Source of the DNA: a virus | Lineage: Duplodnaviria > Caudoviricetes | IMG/VR virus record: IMGVR_UViG_3300031418_000007 | Length of the DNA stretch: 64,000 nt | Strand: one strand, 5' to 3' | In this document: one piece after another, positions 8,443 to 16,942 of the stretch | Layout of the letters: every line of letters starts with the position of its first letter | Position numbering within the stretch: position 1 is the first letter of the stretch | Notes under the pieces: model-generated | What the model was told of the DNA's origin: nothing | What the model saw: the letters and a program-made list of their open reading frames with translations, nothing else | Database searches by the model: none | Position numbers and translations under genes: made by a program

Positions 8443-9150
8443 TTAAAGTGAAAGAAATTCAACGCGTGGGTTTTCAGGTGTCAGGTCGAAACACACCAGG
8501 TCGGTAATGTGTTGGAGTTCAACCACGCCGTTGGTGGTGTTCTTTGTCTGAGGAAGTGTCAGACTGCGAATACCGAAATAGGGCTGAGCACCACCATCTA
8601 TATACGCCTGAAGCGCTTTCGAAGGACTGACCACACCCGTGACCGTGATAACGCCAACCGTACCCGCTTCACTGCGTGGGGAGTCGATGATGTCGTAGTC
8701 AAGCAGTGTGCCTGATTCGTTTTCAGCTACTACCGTGGTGATACGACCCAGCCAGCTTTCCGGAGTTTCAGATTCCGCTGCTTTTGGGAACGCCATCTCG
8801 CCTACACTTTTACCCAGCATTTGCTGTAAACGTTTTTCGATACGATCGCGATCTAAAATAAAGATCTGATTGTTGCGATTGATCTGCCCGAAGACCCCCA
8901 GTGTAACCTTGATGGCACCGTCTACCGTTGCACTAGCCGGATCATACTTGGTGAATTTCTCCTGGAACTCCGCCAGTGAACGTGTGTACCAGTTTACGTC
9001 ATCAGTGGCATCGGTACCTTCACGGCAGTAGACCACCGTGGCGGGAAAGCCGGGTCTGTTACTGTCCTGGTTAGAAACACCCAAGACGTGATAACGGTTA
9101 CCTGAATGGTGAACAGCACGATCACCTTTTTTGAAGCTGATTCCTGACAT
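8443..9150 (-). CDS. DUF1653-like domain fused to a degenerate prohead-protease-like domain
   Basis: N-terminus: KGDRAVHHSGNRYHVLGV...TVVY...WYTRSLAEFQEKF. C-terminus: QINRN, GEMAFP, FGIRSLT, LVCFDL, matching the T4 gp21/phiKZ gp175 motif order with the catalytic His and Ser replaced. Confidence 0.6.
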   Translation of the reverse strand: MSGISFKKGDRAVHHSGNRYHVLGVSNQDSNRPGFPATVVYCREGTDATDDVNWYTRSLAEFQEKFTKYDPASATVDGAIKVTLGVFGQINRNNQIFILDRDRIEKRLQQMLGKSVGEMAFPKAAESETPESWLGRITTVVAENESGTLLDYDIIDSPRSEAGTVGVITVTGVVSPSKALQAYIDGGAQPYFGIRSLTLPQTKNTTNGVVELQHITDLVCFDLTPENPRVEFLSL

Positions 9151-9175
9151 TGTACTTCTCCCGTTAGTGACAGTG

Positions 9176-9832
9176 TTAGCCGGCGATCTGCGTATTTGCG
9201 TTTAACCAACCTTTCAGGTAGTCAACAGCCGACGGTGAAAGACTGTCGATTGTTTCCAGCCAGTTAGATACTTCAGCCGGCGTAAAGTCCTGCTCTTTAA
9301 CAAAAGCAGTGCCGATCATTAAGCCACGGCGATCTTTGATATCGTTCCAGGATGCGGTGACACATTCGACCAGCGACCAGCCCTGACTGTTGGCAATCAG
9401 AGACAAGATTTTGAAGATCGGATAAAGCTCCTCACCCTTGGTCTTCAGATCTTCACTGTCACACGCCTGGTAACCACCACCAAAAACAGCGTGATCCAAC
9501 AGCACGAGATCAGTTTTCAATTCACGGGCACGGAAACGCACGCGCCCTTTTTCTAAATCGTTAACCACAACTGCATTAGGATTCAGAAGACGCAGATCGA
9601 CGACATCTTCGATTTTGATGCCGCTGCACGCAAACGCATTGGTCAGACAGACGATAACATCACCTACGTCGTCTTTCAGCTTAGCGAAGCGGTTACCCGC
9701 GGCATGACTGCACAGCTCGCCTGCTTCGCTCTGTGCTTTCAGGAACTGACCTTCAAAGTCAGACTGAGAGATGATATTACGGTCAGTTGCCCAGCCACGG
9801 ATAAGTTCAAACAGTTGATTCATCGTAAACAT
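9176..9832 (-). CDS. MazG-like nucleotide pyrophosphohydrolase
   Basis: W...RNI...QFLKAQSEAGEL...KDDVGDVIVCL and a C-terminal ECVTASWNDIKDRRG motif. Confidence 0.8.
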   Translation of the reverse strand: MFTMNQLFELIRGWATDRNIISQSDFEGQFLKAQSEAGELCSHAAGNRFAKLKDDVGDVIVCLTNAFACSGIKIEDVVDLRLLNPNAVVVNDLEKGRVRFRARELKTDLVLLDHAVFGGGYQACDSEDLKTKGEELYPIFKILSLIANSQGWSLVECVTASWNDIKDRRGLMIGTAFVKEQDFTPAEVSNWLETIDSLSPSAVDYLKGWLNANTQIAG

Positions 9833-9863
9833 TTTTTATTCTCTTATTGAGGATTACTGCGCG

Positions 9864-10424
9864 TTAAAGGGAGAAGTCGTTTTTCTTGATCTTGACCATA
9901 TCGCCGGTAGTTGGGTGATGCCAAACAATACCTTCGATATTTCGTTCTTTCAAATACTGCCTGACAGCGTAGAAGTCGGTTGGGCAATCTTCCAAGACAT
10001 CCACACCATGTTTAATCAATACATGCTCTTCCAGTTTTTCTGGATTCGCACCGTGACGCGTGCCGATCTTGGGACCACACAGTTCATAGGTGCCGTCTTC
10101 TGGCATGCCGTTAGGGAAACGGGTTAATGCTTCCTTGACGTATTTGTCCTGACCCTTGCCAGGCTTAACCCAACCGGGCCAGTGCAGAGAAACAGGATCA
10201 GGGTGGGGTTGTGCTGGGATAAAGTCTTCAGGCGGAGTACGACCTTTCTTAGCATCGTAACGCAGATAGACCTGGCCGTCTTTGATCAGCACAGCCTGAC
10301 CATCCCACTTACGGGTAGCAATACCCTCACCTTCCTGCACCCACTCCGCACCCTTGGTCACGTCGTTATAGACCTTACGATCATTTTCAAAGCTACGCAC
10401 AAACAAAGATTTAATCTTTTTCAT
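9864..10424 (-). CDS. DUF5565/RLIG1(C12orf29)-like RNA ligase
   Basis: TRKWDG (motif I, KxDG), RYDAK, FIPA, HWPGW, TYELCGPKI, LIKHG, IEGIVWH, MVKIK, collinear with recalled RLIG1 motifs. Confidence 0.75.
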   Translation of the reverse strand: MKKIKSLFVRSFENDRKVYNDVTKGAEWVQEGEGIATRKWDGQAVLIKDGQVYLRYDAKKGRTPPEDFIPAQPHPDPVSLHWPGWVKPGKGQDKYVKEALTRFPNGMPEDGTYELCGPKIGTRHGANPEKLEEHVLIKHGVDVLEDCPTDFYAVRQYLKERNIEGIVWHHPTTGDMVKIKKNDFSL

Positions 10425-10438
10425 AACGATCTCTATTG

Positions 10439-10906
10439 TTAAGGTGCGCGAGCATCATCGCCGTTGGTGTAGAAAGGTCCGTAACCTTTGAGTTCCCATC
10501 GGCCGTTGTAATACCAGAGAGAATCAAGAGAATCCATTCCCTCATGGTACAATGTGACAGCTTCGTTGAATGTGCTGGCTACTTGCTTACCTACAATGTG
10601 TGCCGGAATATTGTCACCCGTTGCACGATACCAACCTAGCCAGATTTCAAACTCTTGGGCTTTGGGAACGTGGGTATGAATGAATTCATGAAACGGACGA
10701 GATAAAACATCACGCTTGCCCTGTTCACGAAAGACGACCGTTGTTTTGGTGGGTTCGGTTTCGAGCATCGCTTTGTTAGCCAGACCAATGATCTCAACGA
10801 CCACATCATCTTCATTAATTTGAAGATTGCCTGCTCTGAATAGATCGTCCAGATTGGTCTTATAAGGAAATAGTGAGATCAATCTTTCTTCGACTTGTGC
10901 AATCAT
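10439..10906 (-). CDS. Protein with a central DUF1653-like domain
   Basis: VEIIGLAN...TVVFREQGKRDVLSRPFHEF. Confidence 0.45.
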   Translation of the reverse strand: MIAQVEERLISLFPYKTNLDDLFRAGNLQINEDDVVVEIIGLANKAMLETEPTKTTVVFREQGKRDVLSRPFHEFIHTHVPKAQEFEIWLGWYRATGDNIPAHIVGKQVASTFNEAVTLYHEGMDSLDSLWYYNGRWELKGYGPFYTNGDDARAP

Positions 10907-10910
10907 ATTT

Positions 10911-11267
10911 TTAGTCCCAATAGATCCAGGTTAAAACATGTGTATTAAAGTCAGTGCTTTCAATACACGACATTAAGCGATCTTCCCACATTTTCTTTTC
11001 TTCTGGACATTTCCAGCTTTCATCACCGTTCATGGTGGCGATGACCTTCATGATGTCCTGAACAGGGAGAACGTGGAAAACCCCTTCGCTCAATTCACCC
11101 AGTGCCTTAAAGAAATAAACGATGAGGTTAGTGCCATTGCGGAAGTTCTTGATGTCCTTATAGTCTACCTTGCTGGTAGCGGCATCAAAATCAACCGTCT
11201 TCTCATCCATGGACAGCTCTTCAAACTTCTCGACAGTCCAACGACTAATATCGAATTGCAAGCTCAT
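10911..11267 (-). CDS. Hypothetical protein
   Basis: 118-aa ORF directly downstream of thyA. Confidence 0.6.
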   Translation of the reverse strand: MSLQFDISRWTVEKFEELSMDEKTVDFDAATSKVDYKDIKNFRNGTNLIVYFFKALGELSEGVFHVLPVQDIMKVIATMNGDESWKCPEEKKMWEDRLMSCIESTDFNTHVLTWIYWD

Positions 11268-11276
11268 TATCGTTCC

Positions 11277-12143
11277 TTACACGCTGAATGGATAGACAAT
11301 TGGATCGTGGTGACGATACCCAATCAACTCTACGTGATCCAACGTCATCTTGTTGACCACATCATCCCAGGTTTTGATTTCAGGACTGATGATCAGAGAC
11401 GGTGGAAGTTTAGGTTCACGATCAAGTTGGCCTTTTTCCATCAACACAGGATACTGGTTGTCATAGATGTGGGCGTTCACGATCTTGAGATTGGCTTTAC
11501 ACGGACGCGTGCCGGTGATATGCGCCATCAGTTGCAGGAAGAAAGCAACCTGGACGATGTTCGCTGCACCGCCGAGTAAGATGTCCTGACTGCGTTGGAA
11601 TGAGTTTAAATACAGGTCGTTGCCCAGCAAAGAGAACTGATGCGTGTGCATGCATGGGCGCAGGCAACCCAATTCGAATTCACCCGGGTTCCAGAAGGTA
11701 ACGATCTCACCCCGGTTATCTTTACCTGCCTTGAGGTCCTCATAAACCTGACGGAACAGGTCAATAGAAGAACCATCATGCTTTGGCCATTCGGTAGCAA
11801 CAGCGCCGTACACTTTGCCCATGTGGTCAGTGCCGATACGATGGCGGTTCTTTAACCACGCTTCGTTTTCGTTGGCATTAGCATCCCAGGTCTTGGCACC
11901 CAGCGCACGAAAAGCACCTGCGTTAGTAAAGCCCTTGTAGTAGCCCAGGGATTCAGCGATCGCCATCTTCCAGTTAAACTTACGGGTGGTTGGTACAGGC
12001 AGTTCACCGCGCCGCATATCGATATCGATGTCTGCGTTGATCACGGTGAGACATTGCGTGCCGGTGCGTGGGTTATCGACCCAAACCCCTTCGTCAACAG
12101 TGCGTTGGATTAGATCAAGGTATTGCCGTTCTGTACTTTTCAT
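11277..12143 (-). CDS. thyA: Thymidylate synthase
   Basis: RTGT, LRPCMH (catalytic Cys), QRSQDILLG, N, and AHIY motifs. Confidence 0.95.
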   Translation of the reverse strand: MKSTERQYLDLIQRTVDEGVWVDNPRTGTQCLTVINADIDIDMRRGELPVPTTRKFNWKMAIAESLGYYKGFTNAGAFRALGAKTWDANANENEAWLKNRHRIGTDHMGKVYGAVATEWPKHDGSSIDLFRQVYEDLKAGKDNRGEIVTFWNPGEFELGCLRPCMHTHQFSLLGNDLYLNSFQRSQDILLGGAANIVQVAFFLQLMAHITGTRPCKANLKIVNAHIYDNQYPVLMEKGQLDREPKLPPSLIISPEIKTWDDVVNKMTLDHVELIGYRHHDPIVYPFSV

Positions 12144-12595
12144 TATTTATCCGCCAGCTTGGCCCATTCATCGGTCATGGCTTTAACACCTTCGCCATGA
12201 CCATTAAAGATTTCATCGTCACTCAGCGTGAGTTCCTGAGTAATCGGCGCTAATGCATCGAAATAGGGGGTGAGTTCTTGCCGTCTGTGTGGGTTGTTTT
12301 CCACCCAATTAAAAATACCTTTCAGTTCAGCATTGAACCCCATGTTGATGCCTTTGTTTTCTGCATCAATCTCGATATCGAAACCCGCCTTGCAAAAAGC
12401 GTACATCGTAAAGAGGTCGGGGTAATAACGGAACAAGAGTTCCAAGCTGCGAAACATAGCGGGGCGAAGTTCAGCCTGGACAGCCGCGATCATCTGTTCT
12501 TCACTGAGGTAAGTTTCACCGACCATCTTTTCAGAGGCAAAATTAAAGCGACGCATAATCGCCTCTTTTACATTCTCTACGTCTTTATTCGACAT
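12143..12595 (-). CDS. Hypothetical protein
   Basis: Start MSNKDVE after GAGG; its stop overlaps the thyA start. Confidence 0.6.
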   Translation of the reverse strand: MSNKDVENVKEAIMRRFNFASEKMVGETYLSEEQMIAAVQAELRPAMFRSLELLFRYYPDLFTMYAFCKAGFDIEIDAENKGINMGFNAELKGIFNWVENNPHRRQELTPYFDALAPITQELTLSDDEIFNGHGEGVKAMTDEWAKLADK

Positions 12596-13160
12596 CGTGA
12601 TCAAACCTCGTTTGGTAATCGACATAAGAAACGGTAGATGGAATAGCGACTTCGGTCACCACGTTACAACAAACCGGATCTTCAACCTTTTCTTTATGGA
12701 TAGCGCGCGCTTCTTCTTCGGAATGCGCAAACACCATTTCAACCTTTTCACCCACCACTACCGGAATAAATAAGAAAAGCTTTAGTGGCTCTTTCATTTT
12801 CGATAACGCCAGAAGGGCATTGGCTTTGGCTTCAGCCGGCGCATTAACGTGTCGAGAGGTGAAATCGACAGCCTTGTTACCCGCCCACTTTTTATTGTGT
12901 TCCATGCTGGCAGCAACAACTTCACCGTGGACGATGGTAACAACCAATAACTTCATGCTGCCTTTAGAACAGTACTCAAGCGCCTTGGGATCAACCATGG
13001 GGAGTTTCCCCAGACCGCGACGACTCTCATTGATGCAGTTACCGTAACCGTCTACAAACATCACGCCGTCTGCTTTCTGAGTCGGGTGACGACCACTGAG
13101 GATTAATTCAACATCAGAACACATCTCAGCTTTTAATTCATCTAGTGTTTTCTCGGACAT
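12585..13160 (-). CDS. Hypothetical protein
   Basis: 191-aa ORF with AGGAAG RBS, overlapping its neighbours. Confidence 0.6.
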   Translation of the reverse strand: MSEKTLDELKAEMCSDVELILSGRHPTQKADGVMFVDGYGNCINESRRGLGKLPMVDPKALEYCSKGSMKLLVVTIVHGEVVAASMEHNKKWAGNKAVDFTSRHVNAPAEAKANALLALSKMKEPLKLFLFIPVVVGEKVEMVFAHSEEEARAIHKEKVEDPVCCNVVTEVAIPSTVSYVDYQTRFDHDVE

Positions 13161-13390
13161 AATGACTTCCTGAAGGTTTTAATAAAGATACTTTCTTCCA
13201 GACACCATTGTTCGCCAGCTTTGGCATCTTTGGTATCCACCAGGTTCGTGTACATCACAAAACGAGAGGTGCAGTTCAACCCGTAACGCATGAAGTCGAT
13301 AAGCATAAACGGCAAGCCCGATGCGCTTAAATAGATTTCACCAATTACCGGTTCGTAGATACATTGTTCTTCAGCGATGGCGTTCGGCAT
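13142..13390 (-). CDS. Stand-alone DUF1653-like protein
   Basis: Start MPNAIAE after GAGGG; PVIGEIY..SG..F...VMYTNL...QWCLEESIFIKTF. Confidence 0.5.
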   Translation of the reverse strand: MPNAIAEEQCIYEPVIGEIYLSASGLPFMLIDFMRYGLNCTSRFVMYTNLVDTKDAKAGEQWCLEESIFIKTFRKSLCPRKH

Positions 13391-13793
13391 ATTTCGGTCC
13401 CTCATTCTTACGAAATGCCATAACAACTGCACGGAAACATTTAAGCTTAAGCTTAACTTCCACAGGCAGGTCATTAAAGTCGACTAAGTGAGGATGGGAC
13501 TTTATTTCACGGTTACGTTCACCTAAGGTCCAACCCTGGTGTAAGCGTTGTTTAACCCAACGATTGTGTAACGTGCGGCAACTCGGAGCAGATAATAGGT
13601 ACTGTTCGGCCTGATTCACCAGCGAAGCTTTATACCAATCACTGCACAATTCCCACTGTCCCAGCTTGGGTACGCCGAATGCTTCACAAATGGCCTGCAT
13701 AGCGCCGTGTCCCGCTTTAGCAGCGAGGTTAACTTCTTCTTCAGTAAACGTTTCGTAAATAGGGTGTTGCTTGTAACTCTCTGATTCTGTCAT
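13371..13793 (-). CDS. RyR-domain protein
   Basis: HNRWVKQRLHQGWTLG...KSHPHLVDFNDLP matches the ryanodine-receptor (RyR) repeat signature. Confidence 0.8.
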   Translation of the reverse strand: MTESESYKQHPIYETFTEEEVNLAAKAGHGAMQAICEAFGVPKLGQWELCSDWYKASLVNQAEQYLLSAPSCRTLHNRWVKQRLHQGWTLGERNREIKSHPHLVDFNDLPVEVKLKLKCFRAVVMAFRKNEGPKYAERHR

Positions 13794-13810
13794 AAAGGGT
13801 CCCGAATAAG

Positions 13811-14338
13811 TTAGCCGCCGAAGGAATGTGAACTGCTAAAGCTACGCCCTACGCTACTGCCAAATCCACCGCGCACCGTTGTTTTAGTTCTAGGAGCCAC
13901 GGGTGAGGTTGCTCTTGCAATATACGGTGTGCCGTTAGACTTGTTGAATCCCTGACTTAAGGGAGCGCGATAGAGAGCAGCAGCATGCCCACTTTCATTA
14001 TTGTAAGAAAAATAACGAGGCTGGTTATAATAGAAATAATGACTGCCTGTACCAGCGCTTTGGCAATCATTCGTGGGATCATCGCGTAAGCACTCTTCCC
14101 GGCTTTTGTAACGACGTCCGTGGTTCTGTGCATCACGATAACTCTCTTGTTGTAAACGACGACATTGGTCTAAATTAAAGCTCCCTCTTTGTGAACAATC
14201 TGTCACTGAGCCATAAGGTGTTTCGCTATAGGTTTTACCGTCACAGCCTGCTAACATCAGCATCACACTCACCATGCCGGTTGCTATCAACGGTTTGTAA
14301 TGAAACTTACGAACTTTGCGAAAGCGTTCGTAGTTCAT
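13811..14338 (-). CDS. DUF1190 (YgiB-like) lipoprotein
   Basis: Lipobox LAGC, Y.S..DC...C...Y.S.EEC, and a C-terminal TVRGGFGSS. Confidence 0.8.
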   Translation of the reverse strand: MNYERFRKVRKFHYKPLIATGMVSVMLMLAGCDGKTYSETPYGSVTDCSQRGSFNLDQCRRLQQESYRDAQNHGRRYKSREECLRDDPTNDCQSAGTGSHYFYYNQPRYFSYNNESGHAAALYRAPLSQGFNKSNGTPYIARATSPVAPRTKTTVRGGFGSSVGRSFSSSHSFGG

Positions 14339-14342
14339 GACC

Positions 14343-14780
14343 TTAGTTCTTTTCATTATGTAATCGTAACTCCCCCGAGCAATAATTACGTTTGTATAAG
14401 CGATGATGCGCATTGTTAAAGCGCTTGATCAAAACAAAAACTTGTTTAAAGAGGCACCAATAGTTGTTAGCTCGCCATTCTGCTACGCCGGCAAAATAGT
14501 ACAGAGCTTTACGTACATCGACGCCAGAGGGCATACCGCAGATATGTCGTGTGACATATTCAACGGTTTTACAAATCTGGTGTTGTTCTGGATGATCCTT
14601 GATGGGTAACGACTCTATTGCTATCGCCACTGCCACCGTAGGGATCTCTCTTAAATTATAACCCCTGAGAGCCATGTCTTCAGCTACTCTTTTAGTAAAG
14701 TCTTTCTCTGCTGGAAAGCTCACACGCATTTCGCGTGCATAATCATTGAATTTAAAACGGAAAGCATGCTTGATGCTCAT
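14343..14780 (-). CDS. Hypothetical protein
   Basis: ORF following the terminator at 14807; start MSIKHAF. Confidence 0.55.
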   Translation of the reverse strand: MSIKHAFRFKFNDYAREMRVSFPAEKDFTKRVAEDMALRGYNLREIPTVAVAIAIESLPIKDHPEQHQICKTVEYVTRHICGMPSGVDVRKALYYFAGVAEWRANNYWCLFKQVFVLIKRFNNAHHRLYKRNYCSGELRLHNEKN

Positions 14781-14806
14781 GCGGGTAGGTCCTTGTAACA
14801 AACAAA

Positions 14807-14835
14807 AAATTAAGGGAAAACTACTCCCTTAATTT
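14807..14835 (-). terminator. Stem-loop with T-tract
   Basis: aaattaaggga-aaactac-tcccttaattt. Confidence 0.65.
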
Positions 14836-14854
14836 AGTTTACAGTTAAGAGTTA

Positions 14855-15373
14855 TTATTTCACGTTGTGTGGCATATTCCACAGTTCCAGTTCAGACTGG
14901 TCCAAACGCATGTACCAACGAGGTAACGGAGTCTCATAGCGATAACCTGCCACTTTTGCATAGAACCAACCTTCGTGATCTTGACGACAAATCACAAAGA
15001 TCGCTTTCTTCAACGTAGAGGGTCTGTCTATCGCCTGTGACGCCGAGCTAACGATTTGTGTTGCTACCGCTTTGCCTAAACGGAACCCACCCACGGTGAC
15101 GGGTGTGCACGGTCCCAGCGGATCCACCATGCGATCGAGTTTGAAACGCAACATTGCCAAGTTAGTATCAAATTGTACAGTGATAGTGTTGTTGGGATTT
15201 AACCCCTGACTCACAAAGAAGCTGTTGACAATAGAACACGCCCCAGAAGTGTTGATTGTCATGTGCGGTAACAGGTATTGCTTCTCACGAACTGCTGGTC
15301 TTTTAGTAACGTTACGGAAGTTGCCTGCCGTACGACCATACCCCAGATGAGCCCTTTCAAATTTCTCAAACAT
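14855..15373 (-). CDS. Hypothetical protein, possible AbrB-like fold
   Basis: MTINTSGACSIVNSFFVSQGLNPNNTITVQFD. Confidence 0.4.
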   Translation of the reverse strand: MFEKFERAHLGYGRTAGNFRNVTKRPAVREKQYLLPHMTINTSGACSIVNSFFVSQGLNPNNTITVQFDTNLAMLRFKLDRMVDPLGPCTPVTVGGFRLGKAVATQIVSSASQAIDRPSTLKKAIFVICRQDHEGWFYAKVAGYRYETPLPRWYMRLDQSELELWNMPHNVK

Positions 15374-15886
15374 TTACTTCTCCAAAATAGCACGAACATA
15401 ACGAGTGTATTCGGTTTCCAGAAAACGATCCAGATCACCTTCCACGGGACACGTCACGTCGACGTTCTCATACTTGGCCAGACGCTTACGAGCAACCAGC
15501 AGGAGTTTCAATACCTGAATCAATGCACGACTCATCCAACGCATACGTTCCTTGCCTGCGGTCAGCACCGCAATGCGGGAATAACGATTCGTGTACTCGT
15601 CACCCCACATAAACACCGCGTTTGCTAAGGTGTCGTCTGGAAGATGTCCCAGCGCGGTTTGTGAACGCTGCTGGGAATAAAGCTTGCCGTGGGGATCTTC
15701 TTCTTGCTTGGCGATCCAGGCAGCAGGAGGCGTCTGTACACACAGCAGACCCCGTTCCGTTAGCAAGTAACGGAGCATGTCATCCTTATCCTTGTCGCTG
15801 AATGTATCCAGCTTCTCATGGATCTCCTTGGCGCCTGCTGACGTTATCAACTGGTTCTGTAGTTCTGTGCTGAGAGGGAATTTCAT
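15374..15886 (-). CDS. Hypothetical phage protein
   Basis: GHLPDDTLANAVF...LTAGKERMRWMSRAL, a motif I recall from unnamed phage proteins. Confidence 0.55.
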   Translation of the reverse strand: MKFPLSTELQNQLITSAGAKEIHEKLDTFSDKDKDDMLRYLLTERGLLCVQTPPAAWIAKQEEDPHGKLYSQQRSQTALGHLPDDTLANAVFMWGDEYTNRYSRIAVLTAGKERMRWMSRALIQVLKLLLVARKRLAKYENVDVTCPVEGDLDRFLETEYTRYVRAILEK

Positions 15887-15900
15887 TGTTGTGCTCCTAA

Positions 15901-16254
15901 TTATACTTCTGGAATGTTAGAGACTTTATTGGCTACCAATTCGCCCCGGATAAGGCCGTTGGGTAGAACACTTAAAACGTAAACACCTTTATAGGGATAA
16001 GGGTAGTTGTCAGGTTTGTTTTCCATCATGGCACGAATGATCTCGTTACCCTTGTTGATACCTAAACGGACAATGCCCTTACGCATAGTGAGCTTGCCGA
16101 TACAGATTTCAAGTTCAAAGCTTAAGCCATCTGGCGCACCCACAAAAGAAACCGGACCTGAATGTGGAAGGTTATTCCGGGTTAAGAAAGTGTGGGGAAT
16201 ATACATGTGACCGTTGCCGCGAATTGTACCGTGGATAAATGTTGCTTTACTCAT
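15901..16254 (-). CDS. Hypothetical protein, possible AbrB-like fold
   Basis: TIRGNGHMYIPHTFLTRNNLPHSGPVSF resembles the AbrB/SpoVT swapped-hairpin start. Confidence 0.45.
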   Translation of the reverse strand: MSKATFIHGTIRGNGHMYIPHTFLTRNNLPHSGPVSFVGAPDGLSFELEICIGKLTMRKGIVRLGINKGNEIIRAMMENKPDNYPYPYKGVYVLSVLPNGLIRGELVANKVSNIPEV

Positions 16255-16462
16255 CTCTATTTTCCCGCCATTCTTTCTTGGCCATTGTGCGAGCCGTGGC
16301 TTTACAATGACCTTGTTTAATGAATTCTTTTGTTTTCATGGTGATAAAGTCTTTTTTATCTTCTTTGATCTCACCACTGCGCGGTGGTCGTTGTGCAGTC
16401 GAGGCATGCAACGCCAGAGCACTTATTGCCAGTTGATTAGTTAAATGCCTTTTATCTTTCAT
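16247..16462 (-). CDS. Small basic hypothetical protein
   Basis: 71 aa, Lys/Arg-rich, AGGA RBS. Confidence 0.45.
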   Translation of the reverse strand: MKDKRHLTNQLAISALALHASTAQRPPRSGEIKEDKKDFITMKTKEFIKQGHCKATARTMAKKEWRENRDE

Positions 16463-16507
16463 CTTTTAAAATCCTATGATACTAAAACAATATAAAGGGG
16501 TTTGACT

Positions 16508-16930
16508 ATGTTGAATAAGTTCTTTGGGGATTTCTTTAAACGAACGTTAAGTCCGTTTACGTACCCCGACATGCCAATGCAGTTTTTAGTAAAAGAAGAC
16601 AAGTTTCAGTTCACCGAAGATTACGTCACGCCTGAGGTAACGATTCCCAAAGGTTTCATTACTGATGGTGCGAGTACACCTCGTTGGCTGAAAGGGTTGT
16701 ATCCGGGGTATTACAAATATTTTCCGGCAGCAGCAGTGCACGACTATCTTTACGGACAAGGTGCCGTATCGCGTAAAGATTGTGATGCGCTTTTACGAGA
16801 CATCATTCGCACACGACTCAACATGAGCTGGCGCTATTGGCTGGTAATGTGGATCGCGGTACGTGCGGGCGGGACATCTCATTACACTAAACGTATTATT
16901 GAAGGCAACACCGTAGAACCAGTTAAATAA
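16508..16930 (+). CDS. DUF1353 family protein
   Basis: TIPKGFITDGASTPRW...AAAVHDYLY...R..CD.LL...W.AVR.GG. Confidence 0.85.
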   Translation: MLNKFFGDFFKRTLSPFTYPDMPMQFLVKEDKFQFTEDYVTPEVTIPKGFITDGASTPRWLKGLYPGYYKYFPAAAVHDYLYGQGAVSRKDCDALLRDIIRTRLNMSWRYWLVMWIAVRAGGTSHYTKRIIEGNTVEPVK

Positions 16931-16942
16931 GGATAAGTGACC

